DNA from: a virus | DNA: 64,000 nucleotides | Reading direction: 5' to 3' (one strand) | IMG/VR virus record: IMGVR_UViG_3300002143_000172 | Span: 95,171-159,170 of that record | Part shown: positions 10,052 through 17,819 of the stretch, in pieces | Layout of the letters: the number at the start of each line of letters is the position of its first letter | How positions within the stretch are numbered: the first letter of the stretch is position 1 | Position numbers and translations under genes: made by a program | Notes under the pieces: model-generated | Told to the model about the DNA's origin: nothing | The model's input: the letters and a program-made list of their open reading frames with translations, nothing else | Databases searched by the model: none

Positions 10052-10516
10052 TTATACGAGTTTAATAAGTTTCTGATAGCTTGAGACCAAAGATCTTCTG
10101 TGGAGCGCCTTCTTTGCTCGAGCTATATTTGCTTTAGTAGTTACTATTTCGTAAGTCTCTAACGATTTGGGGCCTTTTTTAGAAGCAATTCTAGTTTGTA
10201 ATTGTTCTTCAAATTCAGCATACCCGTAGTATCGATCATGATTTAAGATAATGTCGTTTCTAAAACGACCCAATGCTAGATCATTGGCTAAAATTACGGC
10301 AGTTTGCGGTAAATTTATTCTTTCTATTATCGGTTCACCTGCTCTATCTAATATACTGTATCCGTAATCAGTTTTAACGATCTTATAAAATCCAACATTA
10401 ACAGAACCGTCATTATTCCTTAAGGGAATAACGATTCCTTTTTTTCTAAGAGTCCGTTTAACTTCGTTAGACAAGACTTCTATTTTTTTATAAAGTTCAG
10501 CTGGAATATTTTTCAT
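10052..10516 (-). CDS. Hypothetical protein
   Basis: 154-aa ORF. Confidence 0.6.
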   Translation of the reverse strand: MKNIPAELYKKIEVLSNEVKRTLRKKGIVIPLRNNDGSVNVGFYKIVKTDYGYSILDRAGEPIIERINLPQTAVILANDLALGRFRNDIILNHDRYYGYAEFEEQLQTRIASKKGPKSLETYEIVTTKANIARAKKALHRRSLVSSYQKLIKLV

Positions 10517-10709
10517 TTAGGTTATTGATCAATGTGATGTTATCTTTACTTATTTTATAAACTCCCTTACGGACTAAACCTTGGGCAATCCATTGATCGT
10601 GCTCATCTAAACTCGGTATCTTTACAGCCCCAGTATGATGCTCAATGAATTGTTGCTCTTCATTAGTAATGTGGATAGATGGGCCATCGATGAGCTGATG
10701 TATTTTCAT
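10497..10709 (-). CDS. Hypothetical protein
   Basis: 70-aa ORF, coupled to neighbours. Confidence 0.6.
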   Translation of the reverse strand: MKIHQLIDGPSIHITNEEQQFIEHHTGAVKIPSLDEHDQWIAQGLVRKGVYKISKDNITLINNLNEKYSS

Positions 10710-11059
10710 TATACTGTTTTTTGCAACTGTTGTTGCATTTGTTGTTGTTTTTGTTTTAGCCCCACAATCTGTGCGGCAATTTTATCTAAGTCGGTCATTG
10801 CCTGCTTAGATTGATCTGCAAATTGTTGTACTTGCTGTGCTTGCTGTGCTTGTTGCGGATCTTGTCCTACCTGTTGATTTGGAGGAGGAGTTACAGGAGT
10901 TACAGGAGTTTGCCCTGCTACTGTAGATGGCGGAGTGCCATTCGATGCAGTAGGTGGAGTAGTAGTTCCTGTTTGTGCCGGAGTAGTAACTGGAGGTTTC
11001 TGTGCTTGCCCCGGGGGTACAGGTGCAACTGTCTCTTCAAATAATTCGCTTATTCTCAT
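10709..11059 (-). CDS. Pro/Thr/Gln-rich low-complexity protein
   Basis: MRISELFEE N-terminus, Q-rich coiled-coil tail. Confidence 0.6.
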   Translation of the reverse strand: MRISELFEETVAPVPPGQAQKPPVTTPAQTGTTTPPTASNGTPPSTVAGQTPVTPVTPPPNQQVGQDPQQAQQAQQVQQFADQSKQAMTDLDKIAAQIVGLKQKQQQMQQQLQKTV

Positions 11060-11060
11060 G

Positions 11061-11297
11061 TTATTTCTGTAGTACTACAACGACTAGTCCTAAAATTCCA
11101 GTAATAACTGTACCGGCAGTACCAATGAGTATCCTAGTAATGCTGTTTTGACTAGTTTGAATCAATACTTGTAATGTGGTTAGTTTTTCTTCAACGCTGG
11201 TCAATCTCTTGTCCAGGCTTTCGTATCGAGATGCACATAAATCAACATGGGCTTCTAGATTTTCTCTTTCTATATCAATTGGACCTTGTACGGTCAT
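11061..11297 (-). CDS. Small coiled-coil protein with C-terminal transmembrane helix (holin/XhlA-like topology)
   Basis: Heptad region followed by ILIGTAGTVITGILGLVVVVL; GGAG RBS. Confidence 0.6.
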   Translation of the reverse strand: MTVQGPIDIERENLEAHVDLCASRYESLDKRLTSVEEKLTTLQVLIQTSQNSITRILIGTAGTVITGILGLVVVVLQK

Positions 11298-11342
11298 AGT
11301 TTATCTCCTAAAGGTATTACTCTCATGCTATCCTACGATGCC

Positions 11343-11771
11343 TTACAGTGTGCCTTTATGAGCCTTGATGATAATGTTTTTAGAGGTACGGTCTTTACAA
11401 TCAAAGATCGCCTTGTCTATATTTACCGTTTCTGTGAGATTTTTTATGATTGGTACAGAGTCGAGATCTTCAACTAAACTACCTTTAGCGTCACCATGCT
11501 CGTCGGCATATACGCCAACTCTATCAGGAATAAACTTAAAGGTCCATACACGATGCTTGCCTTTGAACTCGCTACCGAACCCTAACTCTTTTACATCAAT
11601 CATTTCTGAGGCAGGCGGATTATCATAGGAAATAATACTTCTAATTTCTACACACTGTCTTAGTGTGATAAAGTTTCTATTTTGGTCATACTCAAGTTGA
11701 CTTCCTTGGTTAGGTCGTATTACCCGTGTATTGGTGATGTCAACTAAAGTTTGAATTTCTATTATTTCCAT
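11343..11771 (-). CDS. Hypothetical late protein
   Basis: ORF; start set at MEIIEIQ, downstream of TAAATA at 11789-11794. Confidence 0.6.
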   Translation of the reverse strand: MEIIEIQTLVDITNTRVIRPNQGSQLEYDQNRNFITLRQCVEIRSIISYDNPPASEMIDVKELGFGSEFKGKHRVWTFKFIPDRVGVYADEHGDAKGSLVEDLDSVPIIKNLTETVNIDKAIFDCKDRTSKNIIIKAHKGTL

Positions 11772-11800
11772 AAAGTACCTATATAATGTATTTATGGCCA

Positions 11801-11827
11801 AAAGAAAAGGGACTTAAAAAAGTCCCT
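11801..11827 (-). terminator. Rho-independent terminator
   Basis: AGGGACT/AGTCCCT stem followed by U-rich tract on minus strand. Confidence 0.8.
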
Positions 11828-11848
11828 AGTCTTAAATCTAATTAAAGA

Positions 11849-12244
11849 TTATAGTGTGAACGCTGTAACAGATACGCTACCTAATGCGATACCGTTAACT
11901 GTACCAACTGCCTTAATTGCTGTTTCTAAAGCATCTGCTGTGCTAGATTCTTCGTCTGGAAGACCCATGCCTAACCCACTTGGGCTTAGAGAGTCTGCGC
12001 CAGTATCTTCAATAGCAATGCGTAGATCGCGATTTGCACCTGTACCAGTGTTTTGAACTGTACCGATCATTGCTACTGTGGCAAATAATGAGCAAGCCTG
12101 AATAGTCTTGTCAATTGCACCGTTTACAACACCAACTTGACCATTTACTGCGGCTGGGAAGGCAATGTTAAAAAAACTTAGTGTACTTGGACGCTGACTT
12201 GGGGCTGCGACTGAACCGTTAACTCGTGTAATTCCTGCTGACAT
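11849..12244 (-). CDS. Putative abundant virion structural protein, paralogue 2
   Basis: MSAGITRVNGSVAAPSQRPSTL; strong AAGGAG RBS, own late promoter and terminator. Confidence 0.7.
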   Translation of the reverse strand: MSAGITRVNGSVAAPSQRPSTLSFFNIAFPAAVNGQVGVVNGAIDKTIQACSLFATVAMIGTVQNTGTGANRDLRIAIEDTGADSLSPSGLGMGLPDEESSTADALETAIKAVGTVNGIALGSVSVTAFTL

Positions 12245-12350
12245 AATATTTCTCCTTTATCTAAAATGTCCACTCCGCTCAGGAGTGTTTTTGGTAATAA
12301 TATTTATGCTGTTTGGAAAAAATATGCGGAAATGGCCTAAATTTAGGCCA

Positions 12351-12376
12351 AAAGAAAAGGGACTTAAAAAGTCCCT
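12351..12376 (-). terminator. Rho-independent terminator (duplicate of 11801-11827)
   Basis: Same AGGGACT/AGTCCCT stem plus U tract. Confidence 0.8.
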
Positions 12377-12397
12377 AATCTCAAATCTAATTAAAGA

Positions 12398-12799
12398 TTA
12401 TAATGTGAAAGCGGCAACAGTAGCACCTGTTAAATCAATGCTATTTTCACCAACATCGTCACCTAGAGCAGTGATTGCGGCTTCTAGAGCGGCTGCTGTG
12501 GTAGCTGCCTCATCTGGAAGGCCCATACCTAAACCACTTGGGCTAAGACTATCAACACCTGTGTCTTCAATACCGATAACTAATCCCTGTCCTGTACCAC
12601 CTGTAGCACTTAATGTTCCGACCATTGCTACTGTAGCAAATTCTGAACATGCGCGGACTGCTTGATCAATAGCGCCATTGACAAGACCGACTTCGGCCGT
12701 ACAATCAACACCAAAATCAATTTGGAAAAAAGTTAGCGTACTTGGACGCTGACTTGGGGCTGCAACTGAGCCATGAACTCGTGTAATTCCTGCTGACAT
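12398..12799 (-). CDS. Putative abundant virion structural protein, paralogue 1
   Basis: MSAGITRVHGSVAAPSQRPSTL; shares DSLSPSGLGMGLPDE and terminal AFTL with paralogue 2. Confidence 0.7.
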   Translation of the reverse strand: MSAGITRVHGSVAAPSQRPSTLTFFQIDFGVDCTAEVGLVNGAIDQAVRACSEFATVAMVGTLSATGGTGQGLVIGIEDTGVDSLSPSGLGMGLPDEAATTAAALEAAITALGDDVGENSIDLTGATVAAFTL

Positions 12800-12892
12800 A
12801 ATATTTCTCCTTTATCTGAATATGTCCACTCCGCTCCGGAGTGTTTTATGTAATAGTATTTATGACAACTGGGAAAAATGTGCCCAAATGGG

Positions 12893-13195
12893 TTAAAGAT
12901 CGTCGTCTTTTACATCACCCTCTAGTATTTTGAGGTGTCTAGCTGTATCCTTGCTGTCGCGCAACTTGCGTATGCTACGGACGAACTTAGCTGGATCACT
13001 ACCTTTTATGCTATTAATAAGCCTGCGCTCTAGCTCATACGCATCTTCTGGGTTATAATTCTCTTTGATTAGAGCTAGAAGATTGATAGCACTATCGATG
13101 ACATGGGCGGCTCTACTTTCAATAATAGCATCGCTATTCTTCTTGATAGTTATCGAATTGAGTTCTTCTAAAAGACTACGGGTGGCTCGTTTCAA
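12893..13195 (-). CDS. Hypothetical late protein
   Basis: 100-aa ORF, TTG start with AGGA RBS, TAAATA upstream. Confidence 0.6.
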   Translation of the reverse strand: MKRATRSLLEELNSITIKKNSDAIIESRAAHVIDSAINLLALIKENYNPEDAYELERRLINSIKGSDPAKFVRSIRKLRDSKDTARHLKILEGDVKDDDL

Positions 13196-13352
13196 GATAG
13201 TTTCCTTTCTTTTATTTATTTGTTGTTAGTGTTAGTTTAACATAACGAATGGGCAAATAACAACTTGTAAATTGTGCGGTCGCAACATATAATACTAAAT
13301 ACTCAGTAGAAACGCTAATATCTTTCTACACACACTTACAGAGGAAATTGAA

Positions 13353-13532
13353 ATGGAAACTATATCAACCCGTATGTTGAACATGATTGCTCGATTGAGC
13401 GAAATGTTCCCAGACAGCTCTTATCAGAGCCGCTTAGATGCATACCTAAGCACCAAAGGCATTACCGATGCCGCACAACTAGATAATTATATACAACAAT
13501 ACTACTACTCTCAAAAGGAAAAATATCTATGA
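13353..13532 (+). CDS. Small hypothetical protein (59 aa; DUF3563-like)
   Basis: Read manually: METISTRMLNMIARLSEMFPDSSYQSRLDAYLSTKGITDAAQLDNYIQQY...; GAGG RBS. Confidence 0.6.
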   Translation: METISTRMLNMIARLSEMFPDSSYQSRLDAYLSTKGITDAAQLDNYIQQYYYSQKEKYL

Positions 13533-13651
13533 AAAAAATAATTAATGCTATCTATGAACTAATTACCGCAGTTGGACAAGCAAGCCAGGCAGCTTACCTA
13601 GCCCGTCACGGCAACTATAAAGAAGCCAAATTACTCATGATGAAACGATAA
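13529..13651 (+). CDS. Small hypothetical protein (40 aa)
   Basis: ATGA overlap; MKKIINAIYELITAVGQASQAAYLARHGNYKEAK... Confidence 0.5.
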   Translation: MKKIINAIYELITAVGQASQAAYLARHGNYKEAKLLMMKR

Positions 13652-13660
13652 GAGGTAAAC

Positions 13661-14236
13661 ATGAAGCTGGTTTATATCCACGGCGCTAATGCCACTAGCG
13701 AAAGCTTCAATTATATCAAAAGCAAACTAGGTAATGGTATAGACATTGACTATGATAGCCGTAATGGGTTTGAAAATAACCTAAAAGACATGCAGTCAAC
13801 ACTACAGGACCATACGGACCTAGTGTTTGTTGCTCACAGTCTAGGCGGCATCTATAGTTTGCATTTGGCCAACTCAATGCCCGCCGCTGTTAAGGGTGCT
13901 GTTACACTAAGCACCCCTTATGGTGGTGCTGAAGTTGCAGACTATGTACAATACTTCCTACCGTTTAGTAGATTAATGCGCGACATTGGTCCTAGCAGTT
14001 GGGTAATGAGACAAGCAGATAAAATTAAAATACAGCATCCGTGGTGTAATGTGGTTACTGTAAAAGGACACAGTCCATTCATTACCGAGCCCAATGATGG
14101 CGTTGTAACTATCAGCAGTCAGAGGCATCATGCTGATATGGAATTAGTGGAAGTAGATTACAACCACTATGAGGTTGTGCTTAGTGATGAAGTTATTAAA
14201 ATTATTAAAGAACGAACAAATAAGTTCAAGAAATAA
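13661..14236 (+). CDS. Alpha/beta hydrolase (lipase/esterase-like)
   Basis: IHG oxyanion motif, AHSLGG nucleophile elbow, STPYGG, NDGVV, NH. Confidence 0.9.
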   Translation: MKLVYIHGANATSESFNYIKSKLGNGIDIDYDSRNGFENNLKDMQSTLQDHTDLVFVAHSLGGIYSLHLANSMPAAVKGAVTLSTPYGGAEVADYVQYFLPFSRLMRDIGPSSWVMRQADKIKIQHPWCNVVTVKGHSPFITEPNDGVVTISSQRHHADMELVEVDYNHYEVVLSDEVIKIIKERTNKFKK

Positions 14237-14321
14237 TTGCTTTTTTTCATATAGGCATATATAATAGTACATAGGGAAAAAGAAGTACCTATACAGACAT
14301 ACACACACAAGGAGAATTACA

Positions 14322-14603
14322 ATGTCAAACACATTCAATACACCAAAATTGCCCGAGTTCAAAGTTAATCAATCTAGGAATGGATATGAACTGAGAACAG
14401 ACATCTTGGGCATGGCCAAGGATCTAGTTCAATCGGAACATAGCATAAAGTTCCATGGTTGGGAAATGACTGCCAAGCGTGACGAGAAGACTAATCAGAT
14501 CGTTGGCACAGTAGAAATGCCATCGTTTCCAGGACTTGACAAAGTTCTAGAAACAGCTGAAAAGATGTATGCCTTTGTAAACTCAGGCGTTGCAAAGAAG
14601 TAA
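14322..14603 (+). CDS. Hypothetical protein
   Basis: 93 aa; CA-rich leader plus AAGGAG RBS. Confidence 0.7.
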   Translation: MSNTFNTPKLPEFKVNQSRNGYELRTDILGMAKDLVQSEHSIKFHGWEMTAKRDEKTNQIVGTVEMPSFPGLDKVLETAEKMYAFVNSGVAKK

Positions 14604-14661
14604 TATTAAAATATATATAGTGGCGTAGCCTACAATAATAATATAAAATATATGTGGTACA

Positions 14662-14695
14662 AAGGATTGGGCAGTTTTGTCCAATTCTTTTTTTT
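14662..14695 (+). terminator. Rho-independent terminator
   Basis: GGATTGGGCA/TGTCCAATTC stem followed by T tract. Confidence 0.65.
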
Positions 14696-14799
14696 GGACA
14701 AATATATTTTAAAATCTTGTCAACGGGTTTACTGGCTCAAGCGTTATATATATGTAGGGGAAATAATTCTTCCTACAAATTAACCAAAAAGGAAATACC

Positions 14800-15015
14800 A
14801 TGAAATTGATCGCAACCACAATCGCAACTTTGTTCGCAGTCTCCGCTTTTGCCGCAGAACCAGCTAAGGCTCCTGCAACTCCTGCTCCAGCCGCTACAGC
14901 AAGTGCCCCGGCTAAAGCTGAAGTTAAGAAAGACGAAAAGAAGCCTGCAAAAAGTCAACCTGCTAAGAAAGACGCACCTAAAGCAGACGCCAAAGCCGTA
15001 CCAGCCGCAAAGTAA
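14800..15015 (+). CDS. Secreted Ala/Lys/Pro-rich small protein
   Basis: Signal peptide MKLIATTIATLFAVSAFA; AAGGA RBS. Confidence 0.75.
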   Translation: MKLIATTIATLFAVSAFAAEPAKAPATPAPAATASAPAKAEVKKDEKKPAKSQPAKKDAPKADAKAVPAAK

Positions 15016-15208
15016 TCGTAGTTTAGATGATAATAATGATAATAATGATATCATTGTAGATGATGAAGTCACATTTGGCCGTAATCGAAAAGCTAGCGAG
15101 TATGGTAAATTAGTCGATGAAGATCCAGAAATATCAGACTATGTTAAATTTAGATTATGGCTAGCTAGACAGTTAGCACTTAGGAAGTACGAAAAAGTCC
15201 ACGGTTAG
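14849..15208 (+). CDS. Hypothetical protein, start uncertain
   Basis: C-terminal part looks coding and is followed by a hairpin plus T tract; no in-frame ATG. Confidence 0.4.
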   Translation: MPQNQLRLLQLLLQPLQQVPRLKLKLRKTKRSLQKVNLLRKTHLKQTPKPYQPQSNRSLDDNNDNNDIIVDDEVTFGRNRKASEYGKLVDEDPEISDYVKFRLWLARQLALRKYEKVHG

Positions 15209-15229
15209 CCCCCTGGGCTTTTTCTTTTA

Positions 15230-15772
15230 TTATAATTTTAGACTTATTACTTCCCAGTTGATAATCCGCCACTGTCCGTCAAGATATTTTTTCTTATCAC
15301 TTCCAAAATCTATCATAAATGAGTGTTCCCACCAATCGATTAATAAGACAATATCTTTCTTAATTTCGTGATTGACTATTGTTTTAATCTCACCATTCTT
15401 GGCAAGATAAACCCAACCACTACCTTGTATAGCCATTGCTGTTTTTAAAAACTTTTCTTTAAAATTATCAACTGATTTAAAATGTCGGTTGATAAATTCT
15501 AAGATATCGCCAGTGGGCTCATTAGACTTTGTTGGATGTTGGAATTGGGCAAAATATATGCTATGTAAAAATGCGCCGGCTTCATTAAAACCGGCATCAC
15601 CTTCGCCGTTGTTAAATCGATCAACATAGGCTTTGTACAGTTTACCATAATGGTATTCCATGGTCTCTTTACCAACGCTATCTTCTAATGCACCCAACGC
15701 ATAGCCTAAGGTAATTCTTTCAAGTGTCTTTGGTGTTCGACCTTCGGAGATAGTCTTGATGAAGTTGTACAT
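15230..15772 (-). CDS. sod: Fe/Mn superoxide dismutase (divergent)
   Basis: YHYGK, LHSIYF, GSGWVYL, DWWEH; all four metal ligands recognisable. Confidence 0.9.
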   Translation of the reverse strand: MYNFIKTISEGRTPKTLERITLGYALGALEDSVGKETMEYHYGKLYKAYVDRFNNGEGDAGFNEAGAFLHSIYFAQFQHPTKSNEPTGDILEFINRHFKSVDNFKEKFLKTAMAIQGSGWVYLAKNGEIKTIVNHEIKKDIVLLIDWWEHSFMIDFGSDKKKYLDGQWRIINWEVISLKL

Positions 15773-15775
15773 CTA

Positions 15776-16366
15776 CTATTCCTGTGTTCTCATGTATTCG
15801 CTAGCGTCCCCAGCTAGGCTGACATGCCAAGCATAAAATTTAGTATTTGGGAATTCTGTTTTAAGACTAACAAATGAATCTAGATTGGGTACTGCATCGT
15901 CATACATGATCGCTTTTGAATAGTTTCCAGAATTAAGCAAAGAGCTTATAATTCTCTTTTTACGATCTTCTGTAGATCCGCCCTTTAAATTTCCTGCACG
16001 GTAAACATGCACCTTGTTCATATCCACTCCGTACTTACGGAATGTGTCTAAAAACAATTCCTTGTCATTGAAGTCTGCACGGGCAGTTACCATCACTACT
16101 TTATTACCAGTGGCAATATCTTGTTTAAGCTGATCCATCATTGGTATGATTGGTTTAGCGTTGGCAAAAAATTCGCGGGCATCTCGAAAGTCGCCAAAAT
16201 CAAATTCTTCATCGGGCTTTAATTTATAGTGTGTAAAGTCGTGACTGTTAAGACTTTTGATCACCTGCCCATTCCTAACTACATGTACTTTGGTCTGGGT
16301 GTGTACAAGTGTGTCGTCTATATCAAAAATGACCAACTTGTTTGATGTTAAATCACTGGCTCTCAT
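15776..16366 (-). CDS. HAD-superfamily phosphatase
   Basis: FDIDDTL motif I, VTAR motif II, K, YDD motif IV. Confidence 0.85.
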   Translation of the reverse strand: MRASDLTSNKLVIFDIDDTLVHTQTKVHVVRNGQVIKSLNSHDFTHYKLKPDEEFDFGDFRDAREFFANAKPIIPMMDQLKQDIATGNKVVMVTARADFNDKELFLDTFRKYGVDMNKVHVYRAGNLKGGSTEDRKKRIISSLLNSGNYSKAIMYDDAVPNLDSFVSLKTEFPNTKFYAWHVSLAGDASEYMRTQE

Positions 16367-16375
16367 AATATCACA

Positions 16376-16930
16376 TTATCCCCAACTTATTCCAGCGCCC
16401 TGTTGTTGAGCAAACTTAACCATAGCCATTAATGTATCAACATATCGATCCACTTGGCCTTGACTTCTGCCCATGTCATGTATTGTTGGTCCCCTGCCTA
16501 TACTGGTCAATCCTGTCTCAGTATCAGTTGTTTGGCGCATATTTCCTCGATTTACCGTTGGATCTTGTGTGTAATGTTTAGTGTCTTGATTCTTTAACAG
16601 TATCAATTTTTTCATTATTGCAGGCAATTGTTCGTGTGTTATAATCCCAGAGTAGTCGCTATTATCTAAACCCAACATATCAGCTATTGCACCTGCATTG
16701 GCGTTGGATACTTGTAATGTAGGTGCATTAGATACCCATTCTTTACTCTTCCCGTCACCGCGACAATATCTACAATCGGTTCCGTCATAGCTGTCTTTTC
16801 CAGTGCCGTCACATACCATGCATGGGACCATTTCGTATTTGCCAAACTCATTTGATGACCATTGGCCTTGGTCATTTAATTTAGCCACACCAAATTCTAC
16901 ACCTTCTTTAAGAAATTCTTTTGCTCTCAT
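16376..16930 (-). CDS. Protein with DnaJ-type zinc-finger pair
   Basis: CMVCDGTG and CRYCRGDG. Confidence 0.65.
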   Translation of the reverse strand: MRAKEFLKEGVEFGVAKLNDQGQWSSNEFGKYEMVPCMVCDGTGKDSYDGTDCRYCRGDGKSKEWVSNAPTLQVSNANAGAIADMLGLDNSDYSGIITHEQLPAIMKKLILLKNQDTKHYTQDPTVNRGNMRQTTDTETGLTSIGRGPTIHDMGRSQGQVDRYVDTLMAMVKFAQQQGAGISWG

Positions 16931-17351
16931 AGTCTTCCGTTATTGGTTTTGAGTTTAAGTATTCTGGATATTGTTTATTAAAATGCCGCATGATAACACC
17001 TGCAACTGCGTGGGCTTCGTTTTCAATAGGACTACCGGTGTCTCCACTATCGGGTCTTAGTCGGTGTTCTGTTCCTTGTTTGAAATGACATAACTCATGC
17101 GCGATAGTTCTTAAAATATCATTAGGATGCCGGTTCATTAGGGCAACATTCAGGGTGTTGGCCTCGTTATCAAATTTACCAAATGTGGGTTGATGGTCAT
17201 CTCCAACCTGTGGTTCAAATATCATCTGCGGGAGTGATTTTAACTTTAAAATCTTCATGGCAAGAGGTAAGAATTTCTTAAAAATTTCAATAAAATTCTT
17301 CTTATGATCTGATATGCTACCGGTGCTTTCTGTAAATTCTTGTGCTCTCAT
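16908..17351 (-). CDS. Zincin-like metallopeptidase
   Basis: TIAHELCHFKQ (HExxH) and downstream E.EA. Confidence 0.75.
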   Translation of the reverse strand: MRAQEFTESTGSISDHKKNFIEIFKKFLPLAMKILKLKSLPQMIFEPQVGDDHQPTFGKFDNEANTLNVALMNRHPNDILRTIAHELCHFKQGTEHRLRPDSGDTGSPIENEAHAVAGVIMRHFNKQYPEYLNSKPITEDYESKRIS

Positions 17352-17362
17352 GACTGTATTTA

Positions 17363-17448
17363 GTGCTCACTTTGGTAACGAATGGCGTTAAGTTACCTGG
17401 CAGCAGCCGCCACACCCGTAAAGATTAACGGTCCTAAGGGTGTTTTTT
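17363..17448. ncRNA. Candidate structured RNA element containing rRNA-identical segments
   Basis: Three adjacent hairpins (GGTAAC/GTTACC, TGGC/GCCA, ACACCC/GGGTGT plus T6); contains CAGCAGCCGC and TAACGGTCCTAAGG. Confidence 0.5.
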
Positions 17449-17574
17449 AAAAGATTCTACTATTTCTTCTGTATTTAAGGCAATTCCTGCCTGCCCGCAG
17501 CCAAAGCAGGCTAGACCCACCATGATATCAAGCAGAAATTCATTTTTAAGGTAGTTGATTAAATTTTCTATCAT
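17434..17574 (-). CDS. Small hypothetical peptide (46 aa) whose TAG stop lies inside the RNA element
   Basis: Read manually: MIENLINYLKNEFLLDIMVGLACFGCGQAGIALNTEEIVESFKKHP*. Confidence 0.4.
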   Translation of the reverse strand: MIENLINYLKNEFLLDIMVGLACFGCGQAGIALNTEEIVESFKKHP

Positions 17575-17737
17575 AATAAATTATACCCAATAACTATAGC
17601 TGGTCAATAGTGTTGAAGTAGTCTTCACCGTAAGTCTTGACACTTTTGTTGGAGAAAGTTTTTCTTGTTTCGAGGCAGGTATCTTACTCGTAATAACTTT
17701 TAGAGAATATAATTGAGTAATCGCAAGGATCTGTGTA

Positions 17738-17809
17738 TTAGTAAACGCGAAATTTACTCTTAATTTTAATGTTAATGGGGATATTAATAGTAAATTCTCG
17801 TGCTCTCAT
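17738..17809 (-). pseudogene. Truncated late gene (23 codons, MRAREFTINIPINIKIKSKFRVY*)
   Basis: TAAATA promoter and MRAxEF tag like its neighbours, but premature stop. Confidence 0.35.
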
Positions 17810-17819
17810 AGTTCTATAT

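Larger units (their letters stand above)
11795..12885. repeat. Tandem duplication of a ~550-bp promoter-leader-gene-terminator unit
   Basis: Two copies of TAAATA, CACTCC/GGAGTG leader hairpin, RBS, CDS and terminator. Confidence 0.85.

Noticed and set aside
8218-12665. Plus-strand ORFs opposite the late genes
   Set aside because: Antisense to well-supported, coupled minus-strand genes; no motifs
17363-17448. rRNA gene fragment or contamination
   Set aside because: Matches are short, come from different rRNAs and are non-collinear, and are embedded in phage context
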